Shown: in pieces, positions 14,972-27,400 of the stretch
Numbering within the stretch: the stretch's first letter is position 1
How the letters are laid out: each line of letters opens with the position of its first letter
Origin: Octopus vulgaris
Lineage: Eukaryota
Length of the DNA stretch: 64,000 nucleotides
Reading direction: 5' to 3'
Assembly (NCBI GenBank): GCA_951406725.2
Contig: OX597819.1
Span: forward strand, 105,400,001 to 105,464,000
Program-made: the position numbers and the translations under genes
The notes under the pieces: generated by a model
What the model was told of the DNA's origin: nothing
What the model saw: the letters and a program-made list of their open reading frames with translations, nothing else
Database searches by the model: none

Positions 14972-15450
14972 ACACACACAACACACGCACGCAACACACG
15001 CACGCACATACACATATACACATATACGATGGGCTTCTTTCAGTTTCCGTCTACTAAATCCACTCAGAAGGCTTTGGTCGGACGAAGCTTTAGTAGAAGA
15101 CACTTGCCCAAGGTGCCACGCAGCGGGACTGAACCCAGAAACATTGCGGTTTGTAAGCAAACTACTTACCACACAGCCACTCCTGCGCCTACATAGCCAC
15201 TCCTGCGCCTACATAGCCACTCCTGCGATACACACATGCATGCGTCTGTGTGTGTGTCTTTGTGTCTGTGTTTGTCCCCCTGTCACCGTTGACAACTAGT
15301 GTTGGTGCGTTTAAGTCCCCGTAACTTAGCAGTTCGATAGAATATGTACCAGGCTCAAAAAATAAGTACTGTGGTCGATTTGTTCGACGAAAACTTTTGA
15401 AGGCGGTGCTCCAGCATGGCCGTAGTCAAATGCTTGAAAGAAAATAAAAG
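14055..15450. mobile_element. Four alternating-orientation copies or fragments of the CORE-like SINE
   Basis: 14055-14458 (-), 14605-14720 (+), 14745-15192 (-) and 15240-15450 (+). A 3x20-bp tandem repeat of the SINE head lies at 15170-15227. Confidence 0.85.
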
Positions 15451-15800
15451 AAAGCATATATATGTATGTATGAATATGTGTGTGTGTGTGTGTGTATATA
15501 TAATGTGTCAATTACTGCGTGAAGGACATATTAATCGTTAAAAAATACAAAAAGTGTTAAGGTTACTAGACCTTTTAATATTTTGTGTCAACATTTTCGT
15601 CGCACTATCCTGTTCACTGACATTGTGCCAGCGACCAGGTCGCAGTTTGTGCAACAAAAATTTTGATACCAAATTATAAAGGATTAAACAGCGTTAACAG
15701 ATTTTGTGCGTTTTTGAATGGCTAAGACGTCTTCCACGCTGTAATTGTTTTAGCTTTAGGATACGCTCTCTGGTCAAATCACATGCCACACCAATACTGA

Positions 15801-15842
<42 letters not shown>

Positions 15843-15844
15843 TT

Positions 15845-15970
15845 TTTTTTCCCTTTTACGACCCCTTTTAATCGAAAACCTACCCCACCTTTTTTCCCCC
15901 AAAAAGAAAAGCTCTACTTTGTAATCTGTCCCGTCTGTGTGCAGCCCTGTGTGGCTAATAAAGAAACATA
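15845..15970 (+). mobile_element. Short LINE-type 3' end inserted in (CTAT)n
   Basis: Ends ...CTGTGTGCAGCCCTGTGTGGCTAATAAAGAAA and is flanked on both sides by (CTAT)n. Confidence 0.55.
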
Positions 15971-15973
15971 TCA

Positions 15974-16061
<88 letters not shown>

Positions 16062-16576
16062 CTATCTACTTATATATCTGTTCAATAGATGCATAACGTG
16101 ATTTGTTTTTATCTCCCTTGTTATTAGCTGAATTTTTATTAACGTACATACTCAGAAATATGAATGTCTTCCATCACTTTGAATTATCTGCTAAAGTTAC
16201 TATCATAAGTTTATAATATCGTTGCCTCCACGAAATATTTGTTTCCATTATACATACATACATACATACATACATACATACATACATACACACACACACA
16301 TACATACATACATACACACACATACATACATACATACATACATACATACATACATACATACATACATACATACACGTGTGCGTGAGTGTTTGTGTGTATA
16401 TAGGATATTATATATATGCAATGTTATATATTCATTTATATATGTGCATATTATACGATATGTACAATGAATGCAATATATATATATACTCTTACTCTTT
16501 TACTCTTTTACTCTTTTACTCTATATAGATATAGATGTACATACACACACATACATACATACATGCATACATGGAT

Positions 16577-16644
<68 letters not shown>

Positions 16645-17120
16645 GTGCATACACACACACACACACATATATATATATGTATATATATACATACATACGC
16701 ACATACACAAAAGTATCAATACAGTATTGTTTGAAGAAATATGTATTTGAAAATAACGAATAATAGGTCTAATAACCATACACATTATATATGGTTTACA
16801 AGCACACACACATCACCCTACCCCTCTCTCTCACTCACACACACACACGCATAAACACACAAAAGAGGTGAATATAGTTTAGTAGAAAGAAGAAAACATT
16901 CAATATTAAGATAGGAAAGTGTAATTCAATATTAAGATAGGAAAGTGTAATTCAAAAGTTGAGGAATGTAACGTCACCTAATTACCACTCCGAGTTTCTC
17001 GCTAGAGGCAGACGTATTGTGACGCTGATATTTCCAAATTTGAAATAGTTGCATCAGACCATATAGTAATGTGTGTAAATATATATGTGTTTGAGTGTGT
17101 ATGCGTATGTATGTGTAATT

Positions 17121-17164
<44 letters not shown>

Positions 17165-17334
17165 AGATACTACTTTATCATCACTATGTTGTTGTTGTTG
17201 TTGTTTTTGTTATTGTTATTATTATTATTACCGGAGCATATTCATTCATACATTGAAAAATAATAAAAGCTCTAATAGTACTAAAATAAGGAGGAAAAAC
17301 GAATTCAATTCGCTAAAATGAGAAAGATATTACA

Positions 17335-17345
17335 CATATATATAT

Positions 17346-17408
<63 letters not shown>

Positions 17409-17429
17409 TATATATATACACACATGCAC

Positions 17430-17485
<56 letters not shown>

Positions 17486-17489
17486 GCAC

Positions 17490-17526
<37 letters not shown>

Positions 17527-17546
17527 TATATATATACACACATGCA

Positions 17547-17584
<38 letters not shown>

Positions 17585-17606
17585 TATATATATACACACA
17601 TGCATA

Positions 17607-17690
<84 letters not shown>

Positions 17691-17700
17691 CATATATATA
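17335..17700. repeat. Compound minisatellite of (TA)n-TGCA-(TA)n-CACACATGCA units
   Basis: Higher-order unit repeated about four times with variable TA length. Confidence 0.9.
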
Positions 17701-18599
17701 ATTTAGAAGAATGAGTTGAGAACAGTAAGTCATAGAGATGAACAAGATAGATAGAATACATTTATAACATGCCTCCTGCCGACAGTTAAACATAACTAAC
17801 TATTAGAGAGGAAATACAAGACAGTAAAAAAAAACATTCACATGTCATCCTGTCTTCTCGTAAGAAGCCTTCGTTTAATAGTGTGTCCAATAGCTCTGTA
17901 ATGTTTAACCTAGAATGTAGCTATTAAGCAACTCCATTTACGCATCTATCATCGCATAGAGAAACACACATACCCACCCATGCTTACATGTATACTATAT
18001 TTCAACAACTAGTTATTATATAGAAATTACTGTGAATGGAATCAAGGAGAAGCTACGGATAGAGAGTTATGTACATTAGCATTAGATCAAAATAAAAAAA
18101 AATGATTCGTCACAAATAGTCAAATGTTTCGGTCTGTCCAACCGATTTGCATGCAGTGGGTATTTAGTAGAATTGTTCAAATTTATAGTTAAAAGTGGAA
18201 GGAACAATTTGGAAATATGCCATTTTAAGGTAGATAACAAAAATAAACAAATTTTATTTTATATAGAACGCAAGGAGAGAAATTCAGAGTGACGAGGAAT
18301 TCTGGTGAGATGAAGGAATATGATATTATCTGATAACTTAATGTACAAGTTTTGCAATTAGAGTCCACGTGGTGTCAATGTTCTTATTTTTTAGTGTGCT
18401 TGTATTAATGTCTTTCTCTCTCCTTACATATATATATATATATATATATATAAACACACACACCTGCATACGCACATATGCCTGCATATATATATATACA
18501 TATATACTTGCATACATATATACATATATACATGTATACATATATACATACATACACATTTCTTATTGGGTCTATAAAAAGGAACTTGCCTAGTGTATT

Positions 18600-19060
18600 T
18601 GTAGGGCATTCTTGACTGGTAAAATTGATGCTAATAATGTTCTACTTGAATCTTTTTAAATCAACGCTTACGGGGAAGATATAAGCAAGGAGAGAATCCC
18701 AGAAGGATGACGTATTGGGAAGAAAGGACTGATCATAATGACCAGGGAGTTGTCTGGGAAATAGGACACTAAATATGATGAGAAGGGGAGAGACAATTAG
18801 GGCGGAATACCCGAGTAAAGGTAACATGAACCTAGTTAGCTCCGAGGAACATAGGCCACAATAGTAAGAGTAGAAAAAGTAGATAGAAAAAACAGCACGC
18901 CTGTAGGCAGGAGGACAGAGCATGTCTGTGAGTGATTCCATGCCAATCAGAAGGGAATAGAGGGAAGCGTGTAGGGGACAAAACCAAATCCTGGGGCCCA
19001 CCTGAATTAGAAAGAGAAAGTGCTCCTTCCGCACACAAACTTATATTATGATCTTGTAGG
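18600..19060 (-). mobile_element. 3' fragment of CR1/Jockey-group LINE ORF2
   Basis: RRAVFSIYFFYSYYCGLCSSEL...HYDQSFLPNTSSFWDSLLAYIFP..DLKRFK resembles the post-RT C-terminal signature of CR1/Jockey-type elements. Confidence 0.7.
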
Positions 19061-19279
19061 CAGCCATTAATTCAAAGTATGTGAGATATGTGGAGACCAA
19101 CGGTAGAAAATTTCGATAGGAGATTCAAAAGCTAAACTGGTGTCGAGAGCAGCAACACTGCCTTCACCAATTCCTCCAAGGCAAGAGCCCGCTGGTAACA
19201 GAGGAAAATACGTCACAGTGGAAACTGAACTGGAGGCTATTCAAGAAAGAAAGAAAGAAAGAGAGAGAGAAAGAGAGAG

Positions 19280-19342
<63 letters not shown>

Positions 19343-20049
19343 TACATGTTTGCTGTGAAATCGTTTCTGACTTTTAATCTAAATTTATGAACTAGAAGGC
19401 AGTCTGTTACATAAAATTAATTCTTGGAGAAATATAACAGAAATGTTCTAACTGGAAAACATCTGAAATTTTACAGCAATATAGTACATAACTTAATTAT
19501 AAAAAAAAAAGACCTAACTTTTTTTTGAGATTGGTAGCAAAACGTGGAAGGATAATGGTTCTTCTTTTAATATTTGGTTTTACATTTGGTTCTTATAATA
19601 GTAAGTTCATTAAAAGGTAGTGGAATATGGGAAACGTTAGAGTTTGAGCTTGAATGCTTATGTTCTTGTATTGTGTCTTTGAGCAGGGCAAATCATCTCA
19701 TGCTGCTCCAGTGTGATATGCAGAAAATGCGTACCATCCGGATGCTGGAGCAGTCATCTCCCTCCCCCAACCGTCTGTCTCATATACAGTCACGGGTAGC
19801 AGGGCTAAGGGAGTGTCTATGCTCGTGACTACATGGGCACCTAAAATAATGATAGAATCGGTGGAGCAGCGGAATAAATGATTTTAAAAATTAATTACAT
19901 CTCTTTGCCTTGGGTTCAACTCCTACTAAGGGTGGCTTTATTCTATATTTCCTTCCAGGGTCGTTTAAAAAAGTATCACAAGCCAAGTACTGATTCTGTT
20001 AAATCGAATGTAGCTTTTTTCACATTAAATTCCTGGACTTGTGTTTGTA

Positions 20050-20949
20050 TGAGGTCTGATCAAATAGTATCGGGACTGTTGCAATGGTAAAAAGGAACTA
20101 AAGTACGTAGAGAGAAACCGCTTGGCACAGGTTGATCTTGAACTCTGTCGTGCATGCACACTAAGTTATAACGTTCTTGCTCACTTCCGATGTTTATAGC
20201 AGTGCCTGGAAGCAAAGTGTATAGAATGTGGTCGTCGCACCGAGAAAATTGAGCAGAGAATCTGCATCAAATTTTGTCAAAAGCTTGGTGATACCGGTGC
20301 AGAGATCTACGTAAAGTTGCACAAATTGCATGTAGATGAGTATATGAGCCGGACGCGAGTGTACAAATGGTTCAAGCATTTCCAAGATGGTCGACAAAAT
20401 GTCGACAGTGACGCACGTTCTGGGAGACCCACAACCAGCAGAATTCATGATGTGCGGGCAGCTGTTCGGAAAGACTGTCGAATCACTGTGAGTCGTCGGA
20501 GGGTGGGAACATTAGTTACGATTCAGTTCAGTCAATCCTCACCGAAGATTCGGGTATGAGATGTGTGTCTGCCAAGTTTGTGCCAAAACTGCTGTCAGTT
20601 GCAACCATTTTTGGCCAAGTACAACCATTCCCCAGGTCCGACAACCACCATATTCCCCAGAAATCGCCCCTTGCGACTTTTGCCTCTTTCCAAAAATGAA
20701 ATCTCTCTCGAATGGGGCAAGATTTCAAGACGTCGAGGAAGTCCAAGAGAGTGCGACGAGGCAACTGCTCACAACCCCTCCCACCAAAAGGAGTTCCAAG
20801 AATGCTTTCAACAATGGAAACGACGCTGGATAAAGTGTGTGGCTTCAGAAAGGCATTACTTCGAAGGAGATTAAATGCCAAATTGATTTGTGTTGTGTTG
20901 TAGTTTTCTTTTTATAGCACCAGTCCCGATACCATTTGATTAGACTTCA
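20050..20949 (+). mobile_element. Internally deleted mariner element in intron 1 of gene A
   Basis: About 35-bp TIRs (GAGGTCTGATCAAATAGTATCGGGACTG and its inverse) with TA at the left flank. N-terminal EQRICIKFC...SRTRVYKWFKHFQDGR...RSGRP and C-terminal PPYSPEIAPCDFCLFPKMK; the catalytic middle is missing. Confidence 0.88.
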
Positions 20950-21600
20950 CATTAGAAATCATCATGATACAAGGCCCCAAGAACACACAAAATCAACATA
21001 GCAAGATAGAAAAGCACTTCTTAATTTTACAATGCTGTTGTTTACTGCTGTTTATTGTACTGAATTCCATTCCATTATGAAGCACTTATAATCCAAAGAA
21101 ATAGGGTTTGGACACTGAACTAACTCTTAATCCATCAATTAATGGTTAAAGCAATTGTTGTTATTGTTGCTGCTGTTCCTGTTCGGTAGTTCCAAGTCAG
21201 TCCTGATCGTGCAGATCTATAATCAAATATAATTCCAGCCGTGATCATCTTGTATTCTTTTGAGACATTTTATTTCTAGGGTTACATCATTAAATATGCC
21301 CTTCCCTATTTTTAAGATGGCGAGGTTTAATTTAAAAGAAATTTAGCTACAATATCAACCTTGCTTTTCATCTGTCTAGAGTCAATGAAATAAAATACCA
21401 GGTCAACTTTGGTTTGTATGATTCTGAGTTGGATGGAGAGATCAATAAAATAAGGTTGGGTTGATCTAATCGAATATACACATTCCCCAAGATTTGAGGT
21501 TTGGTCTTCCAGGAATCAATAATTCAACAACAGATACACCATGTAGAATAAAAGTAAAAGAAAAATTAAACACAAAATTAAATAAAAAAAAAGGATTTAC

Positions 21601-21877
21601 CAGCGATAGGAACGTGCGGGTTTCCGTTACAATCATCTCTGTCAGGATCTCCTTCCCACACACAGGCATGGGCAAGATTTGACCACACTTGGCTTGTGTT
21701 ACAATGAGTCGATTGGGCAATTTCACCTTCAAAGCCACACTGGTGAGCCACTGTACAATCTTGGGTGTCTCTCACCCATTGTCCAGCTTGGATGGTATCG
21801 CATATCGTCTGGCCAAAGATTGGATTCAACAGGCACAACAGCACACTACAGCCGGCCAGCAACATACAGGGTGACAT
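21601..21877 (-). CDS. Gene A exon 1: signal peptide + chitin-binding type-2 (peritrophin-A/CBM14) domain 1
   Basis: ATG at 21877. Hydrophobic leader MSPCMLLAGCSVLLCLLNPIFG, then C-x14-C-x5-C-x11-C-x12-C-x10-C. Ends GCT G|gtaaat (donor at 21600). 277 nt, phase 1. Confidence 0.9.
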
Positions 21878-21916
21878 CTTTCAGAGAGCCGTTGTTGCAC
21901 AAAAGGAGCAGATGAC

Positions 21917-21930
21917 TCCCTTTTAAAGGG
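21917..21930 (-). promoter_or_regulatory. TATA-like element (TTTAAAAG) upstream of gene A
   Basis: About 50 nt upstream of the ATG. Non-canonical; the same 12-mer TCCCTTTTAAAG recurs at 22334-22345. Confidence 0.35.
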
Positions 21931-22367
21931 GATATTGCAATGTTTAAATGGACACACAGATACAGACACACATAAATAGGCACGCGCACGCAGACATACA
22001 TGCACGCAGACACACACACAAACACACACACACACACACTCACACACACACACACACATACGCGCGCGCATATATGCCAGCTCATACGCACACGTACAAT
22101 AGTTTCCGGTACGATGTGTTATTTTTGTTGTTGTTGGTGGTGGTGGGGTGATTGGGTAATTTTTTTTTACTCATTTATTTATTTATTTATTTCTTCATTT
22201 AAGTATTGCATCTTATTCTGACTAGCAGCAGCAGGAGCTCCTTATTTTTCTCTCTATACATAGTGAGGGGAATTAGTTTATTTTTTGTAAGCCCTGTTTA
22301 CCTGGAATCAACAAATGTTTTCCAACTGTAAGGTCCCTTTTAAAGAGTGAACAGATTCCATGATGGC

Positions 22368-22381
22368 AGGTCAAAAGGTCA
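22368..22381. promoter_or_regulatory. Perfect DR2 nuclear-receptor element AGGTCA-AA-AGGTCA
   Basis: Exact consensus direct repeat about 490 bp upstream of the gene A ATG in non-repetitive sequence. Function untested. Confidence 0.5.
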
Positions 22382-22509
22382 CACGCTTCAGTTGTCAACA
22401 GTCTACACAACGTGCTCTAGCTTCTAATTCACTTTCTGTTTTCACTTGATGTCAGGTAAATAAAATTCACCCCGAAACTTTTCCTGCTCTATCTCTACTA
22501 AAGAGGTAC

Positions 22510-22578
22510 ATCTCTACCTCTTCCATTCTCTTCTGTTCTCTTCCTTTCTTCCTGTCTTTCTTTGTTTCTTTCTTCCTG

Positions 22579-22640
<62 letters not shown>

Positions 22641-22750
22641 TTCCTTCCTGTCTTCCTTCCTTCCTGTCTTCCTTCCTTCCTGTCTTCCTTCCTTCCTTCC
22701 TTCATTCATTCCTTCCTTCCTTCCTTCCTTCCTTTCTTCCTTCCCTTCTC

Positions 22751-22794
<44 letters not shown>

Positions 22795-22842
22795 TCCCTC
22801 TTTCTTTCTTTCCTTCTCTCTTTCTTTCTTTCTTTCTTTCCC

Positions 22843-22910
<68 letters not shown>

Positions 22911-23051
22911 TCACTCTCTCTCTCTTCCAATCTATCTCCCTCTCCCTCTTTTCTATTATTTCTAAGTCTCCTCTTTCTCTCTCTCTCTCTCTCATAGATT
23001 TCTATCTGTCCCATTCTTCCTTTTTTATTTCTGTATTATTTCACTTTATTT

Positions 23052-23107
<56 letters not shown>

Positions 23108-23110
23108 TTC
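22510..23110. repeat. Polypyrimidine/polypurine tract (CTTT)n/(CCTT)n/(CT)n; pyrimidine bias continues to about 24010
   Basis: Direct reading. Confidence 0.95.
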
Positions 23111-23808
23111 CATTATTTTAAACCCGCCCTCTATCTCACGCTCGTTCACTCTTTTACTTCCCATTGCATTGTCTGTGTTTCTTAATGTTTCCAGATCTTT
23201 CTATTCCTCACTTTGACATTAGCTTTCTCCCCAATCTTCTATCATTTCTCAATTTCTTTCACAGTTTACCGTTTTTTTTTTACCATTTCTCTAACTCCAT
23301 CACTTATCCTTTATCCTTCACTTTTCTTTCTTATTCTCTCTCTCTATTTCCATGTCTCTTTCTGTCAGTTTCTTCCACTTTTCCACTATCGTCTGCTCCC
23401 CTTCAATCACGCTCACTCTATCTGTCTGTCTGTCTGTCTGTCTCTCTCAATCACTTTCTCACTCACTTCATCTCTGTCTCTTGTTCCTTTACAGTCGCTA
23501 TCGCTGTCTCCAATTCTTCCACAATTGGTCTTTCCTCTCATTCAAATTTACTTAATGTTCTCTTTCTGTCACTTTATCTCAGAAAACTAAAAAAGCAAAC
23601 TCTCCTCTCTCTTTTCCATCTCCTCTCACTCTCCCCCCATATTTAATAAATCAACATACCTCTCTAACCTCCACTTCTATTTCCAGTCGTTCTCTCTTTC
23701 TTTTTAGTTCCCTTTCACTTTCTCTTTCATTGCTTTGTACCCCACCATTTACACATTCTTTTTTTGTCTCATTTTCATCCTCTCTTCCTTTTCTCTTTCC
23801 TATCCGTT

Positions 23809-23880
<72 letters not shown>

Positions 23881-24549
23881 TACTCCATTTTTTCAACTTC
23901 TGCTTGTGTGTCTTACGATTTTTCTTTTTTCGTTCATTTATCACTTCTCCTCTCTTTTTCTGTTATCCTATCCGCTCTCTTCCCAACCTCTTCACTCTCA
24001 TCTCCTCTACCCACTTGAACACAACATCTACGCGCTAACGTGATCCCTTAAACCAAATTACAACACAGACAAGGTCTAGAGGTCAGATTACATTTCAAAG
24101 TCTCGTTGCTGTCGTCCCACCAACCTCGCTCTTTCCTCCTTTAACTAAACTAATAGACAAAAAGCAAAAAAACAAAAAAAAGCTCAACAAACTCCAGTTA
24201 AAATGAAAGTTATAATATAGATTTTAAAGAAAGCACAAGGCTACAAACTTTGTGGGAAAGAGGTATATTTGATTATATCGATTTCTATTCTTGACCAGTA
24301 TCTTATTGGTTGCTTAGTACATTACTGGTGCCATAACAATGCGCTGTTTACTGATGCTACAGCGAACATCTACAGATTTTAGCCAACACTGCATGTTATA
24401 GACAAATGTATAAAAACCCTGTATCCATATACATTATCTCCAATAACAGGGGGTATTTTAAATCCTAGTACAACATAATTATTCATTAATTGAACTATTT
24501 GTTAAGAATGCATTATAGATGCAAATTAGTTTATCTGATTAACTTAAGC

Positions 24550-25900
24550 TCTTGGTAATAAGTTGTGTTTCGTTAGACAGTTATAGAGGGTTTTCAGTTG
24601 TTGATGAAGTCCCAAGACAAGAATCGTGCAGATCTGCGGGCCCTTTCCAACGACAAGCACCAACTTCTTCGTGAGTATCTTGATCAGAAACTTAAACCAT
24701 CTGCTCAACAAAATAATTGACAATAAATAAATCATTGTCAATGATGCTCTTTTCTTTGCGTTCTCTCTGGTAGTAACACCACCCCAAGATCTATTACGCC
24801 GGAAATATCCCCTATTTGATACCATTTACATTCGATATATGCCAAAAGAGGAGGAACTGAGAGGCTGACCAAGTAAATCGCAGCTGTCGTTGTAGTAATT
24901 TTTTGTGACATTGTACGCTGTCATAAACCGTTGAGATATGCACATCGACTTGTTTGCCACTACTGTCAAACAATTGAGCAGAATATTTTCGGAGAAATTG
25001 CACACATTGCCCAGGAATTGTGCAGCATGTGTTCATCGAAGTTAGTTAAATATCCAACAGTGGATTAGTTGCCACGTTGTGATTTTGCCAATCAGGCCCA
25101 TTGAATGGCATTCGCTCCCATGTGCTTTGGAACAACAACTTTAGTTTGATAGCGTGATCTTTGTGATTTGTGTCGAAGACATAGTGCTGTTTCTGACTCT
25201 AGTAAGTCTTTTGTGGATAACTTTCCTAATCATTGCATCTTGTAAACTGCTGACTATCACCCGCCTCTAATCTATTTTCATTTCTGCTTCTTTGCTATAC
25301 TCTGTCGTGCAGATCATAAACTATGTTTTGTGTAGGCAATCAACCAAAATTCTGAACTTTGTATTCAATGCCAATTTGTCAACCTAATAAATAACCTGTG
25401 TAGATACGATCTGAATGCTCCGATGCACATTGGCCTATTCGGTAATTCCAGTCGGTAAATGTCATCCAATTAGAAAAACATCAGCAGGTTTGAGTGACCT
25501 TTTACAGTTCATTCTCTTATTAGCTACTTTTACATAATCCCTTTGCATGTCAATGATGCCATTTCAGTCGCCTGTTAATACTATCGAATTATTTTAAATA
25601 CCTTCAGAAGCTCGCCTGTCCTGCTCCAGTGCATAAACGGCCACTAACCTGAAGGTATTTAATTTCATACTATTCCGAATTCACATTCAGACCATTGGTA
25701 ATTTACTGGATCCGGATTGATGAGTGTACATATGTCTCAAAAGTCCCGTGTTCATGTGTAACAAAGAATACTTTTGTGCAGTTATGAAATCTTGAAAGCA
25801 GAACTCCATCAATTATAAAGCGAAATCTCAACGGAAATCGAAGCCATAAATACTCTAAAGAATATCCGAAAGTTGTTTAGGATTATTTGCGTATATATAT
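24550..25900 (-). mobile_element. Highly decayed L1/Tx1-like LINE
   Basis: AP-endonuclease-like remnants FRLVAVYA...IVLTGD*NGIID around 25550-25660. No long ORF; outer boundaries uncertain. Confidence 0.5.
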
Positions 25901-27002
25901 GCGACACGTTTGCAGATTTTTACACACTATTCTAACCTTTAAAATGATAGCAGATTTGTCGAAGGTCGATACTTTCAATGTAAGAATAACAAAGAAAAAG
26001 AATTTCCCGATCGATTATCGAAGTCAAAATAAATGCAAATGTATACGAAATAGGAACTTATTTTGTCAGTAGATATGAATGTTAACGCTGGAGAAAAAAC
26101 TGAGAGTTTATCCCATAGCGCCAAATATACGGAAGCATCAGCAAACAATACGTTTAGCGATTCTCGCAGGAGTTTCGCACCCACAAATAAGAATACTTTT
26201 TTAAAAAATGCAACGATAATAAAATAAAATAAACTATATGTAAATATTGGAAAACATAAATTTTATACTTTGATGCAAGATCTTCGATATATTTTGTGTG
26301 GAATCACCAATTTCTCAATCTTTCCCATTTTATACTGCCTCAGTTTTCTTTCTCGTTTGACTTTTATTCTCGAGTTGCATAACAAAATAGTGTTCCGATT
26401 CTAAATATTAGTATGGGGTAAAGTATGTGATTTTCTGCCATGTGAATGTTTGCGCCACCACAAGCAAAAATCGGACATTTGATATTAGCGAACAAATATC
26501 AAATGTCTGAATATTTGTGCCAGTCACTCAAACCATTGCCTTGTGAGGGACGTAATCGAAAGTTTCGTAATTACGTGGCGTATCCATGGAAGATGAGAAC
26601 TCAATACTGCAAGCTTATGACAAACTTGCATATTGTTTAGTGAATCCCACTACTGAGTGTAGTCAATTGTTCCCTACCCACGATGCCGATTTTAAAATAG
26701 GTAGGCTGAATAAACGAGATTTGACTCAACGATACAAGACTGTATCTGTAACTGAAAACGTACCCTGCATCATTTAATTGGTAATATAACATAGTATGCA
26801 GGGATTTTCTAAAAAATATTCTCTGCTACCTGTCTACAAAATCTTAAAGAAGCAGATATGGGTGACACCCATTCTGAAGGACATTGTAGTTACAGAGAGG
26901 ACAAATTTAAAGAAATAAGTTCGTGCCTAGCCGAATGAAATATTTTTTTCCTTTCTGAATTGTTGTGCGGCGGTAAAATATCGTCTCCGAACCGACACGA
27001 TG

Positions 27003-27095
<93 letters not shown>

Positions 27096-27140
27096 GTCTG
27101 TCTGTCTGTCTATCTCTGTCTGCCTGTCTGCCTGTCTGCC

Positions 27141-27189
<49 letters not shown>

Positions 27190-27195
27190 TAATAA

Positions 27196-27400
27196 TCTAT
27201 TATATAAAATCCGTTCTGTCTGTCTGTGTGTGTGTGTGTGTGTCTTCTAGGATCTCGGGCATCCTCCATCCGATTGCGCTCCAATTTGATATGTAGATAC
27301 TGACGGTATCAGGGCGTGTATAAGTCTTGAAAAATTACAAAAATCGATTCCAGGTGAGAATGCGATCGATAAAGCATTCTTTAGAATAGAAAAAAAGTTT
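27196..27400 (+). mobile_element. 5' end of a non-autonomous Helitron-like element
   Basis: A|TCTATTATATAAAA start, then (TGTC)n/(TG)n and CCGATT..CAATTTGATATGTAGAT, the layout of small Lep1-type Helitrons. No 3' hairpin/CTRR end recognised. Confidence 0.5.

Noticed and set aside
16897-16953. 26-bp tandem duplication ATTCAATATTAAGATAGGAAAGTGTA
   Set aside because: Ordinary slippage duplication in an intron.
21870-21890. AG immediately before the gene A ATG as an acceptor fusing gene B to gene A exon 1
   Set aside because: Gene B donors are phase 1; joining here shifts the frame and meets a TAG within about 10 codons. Exon 1 also has its own signal peptide.
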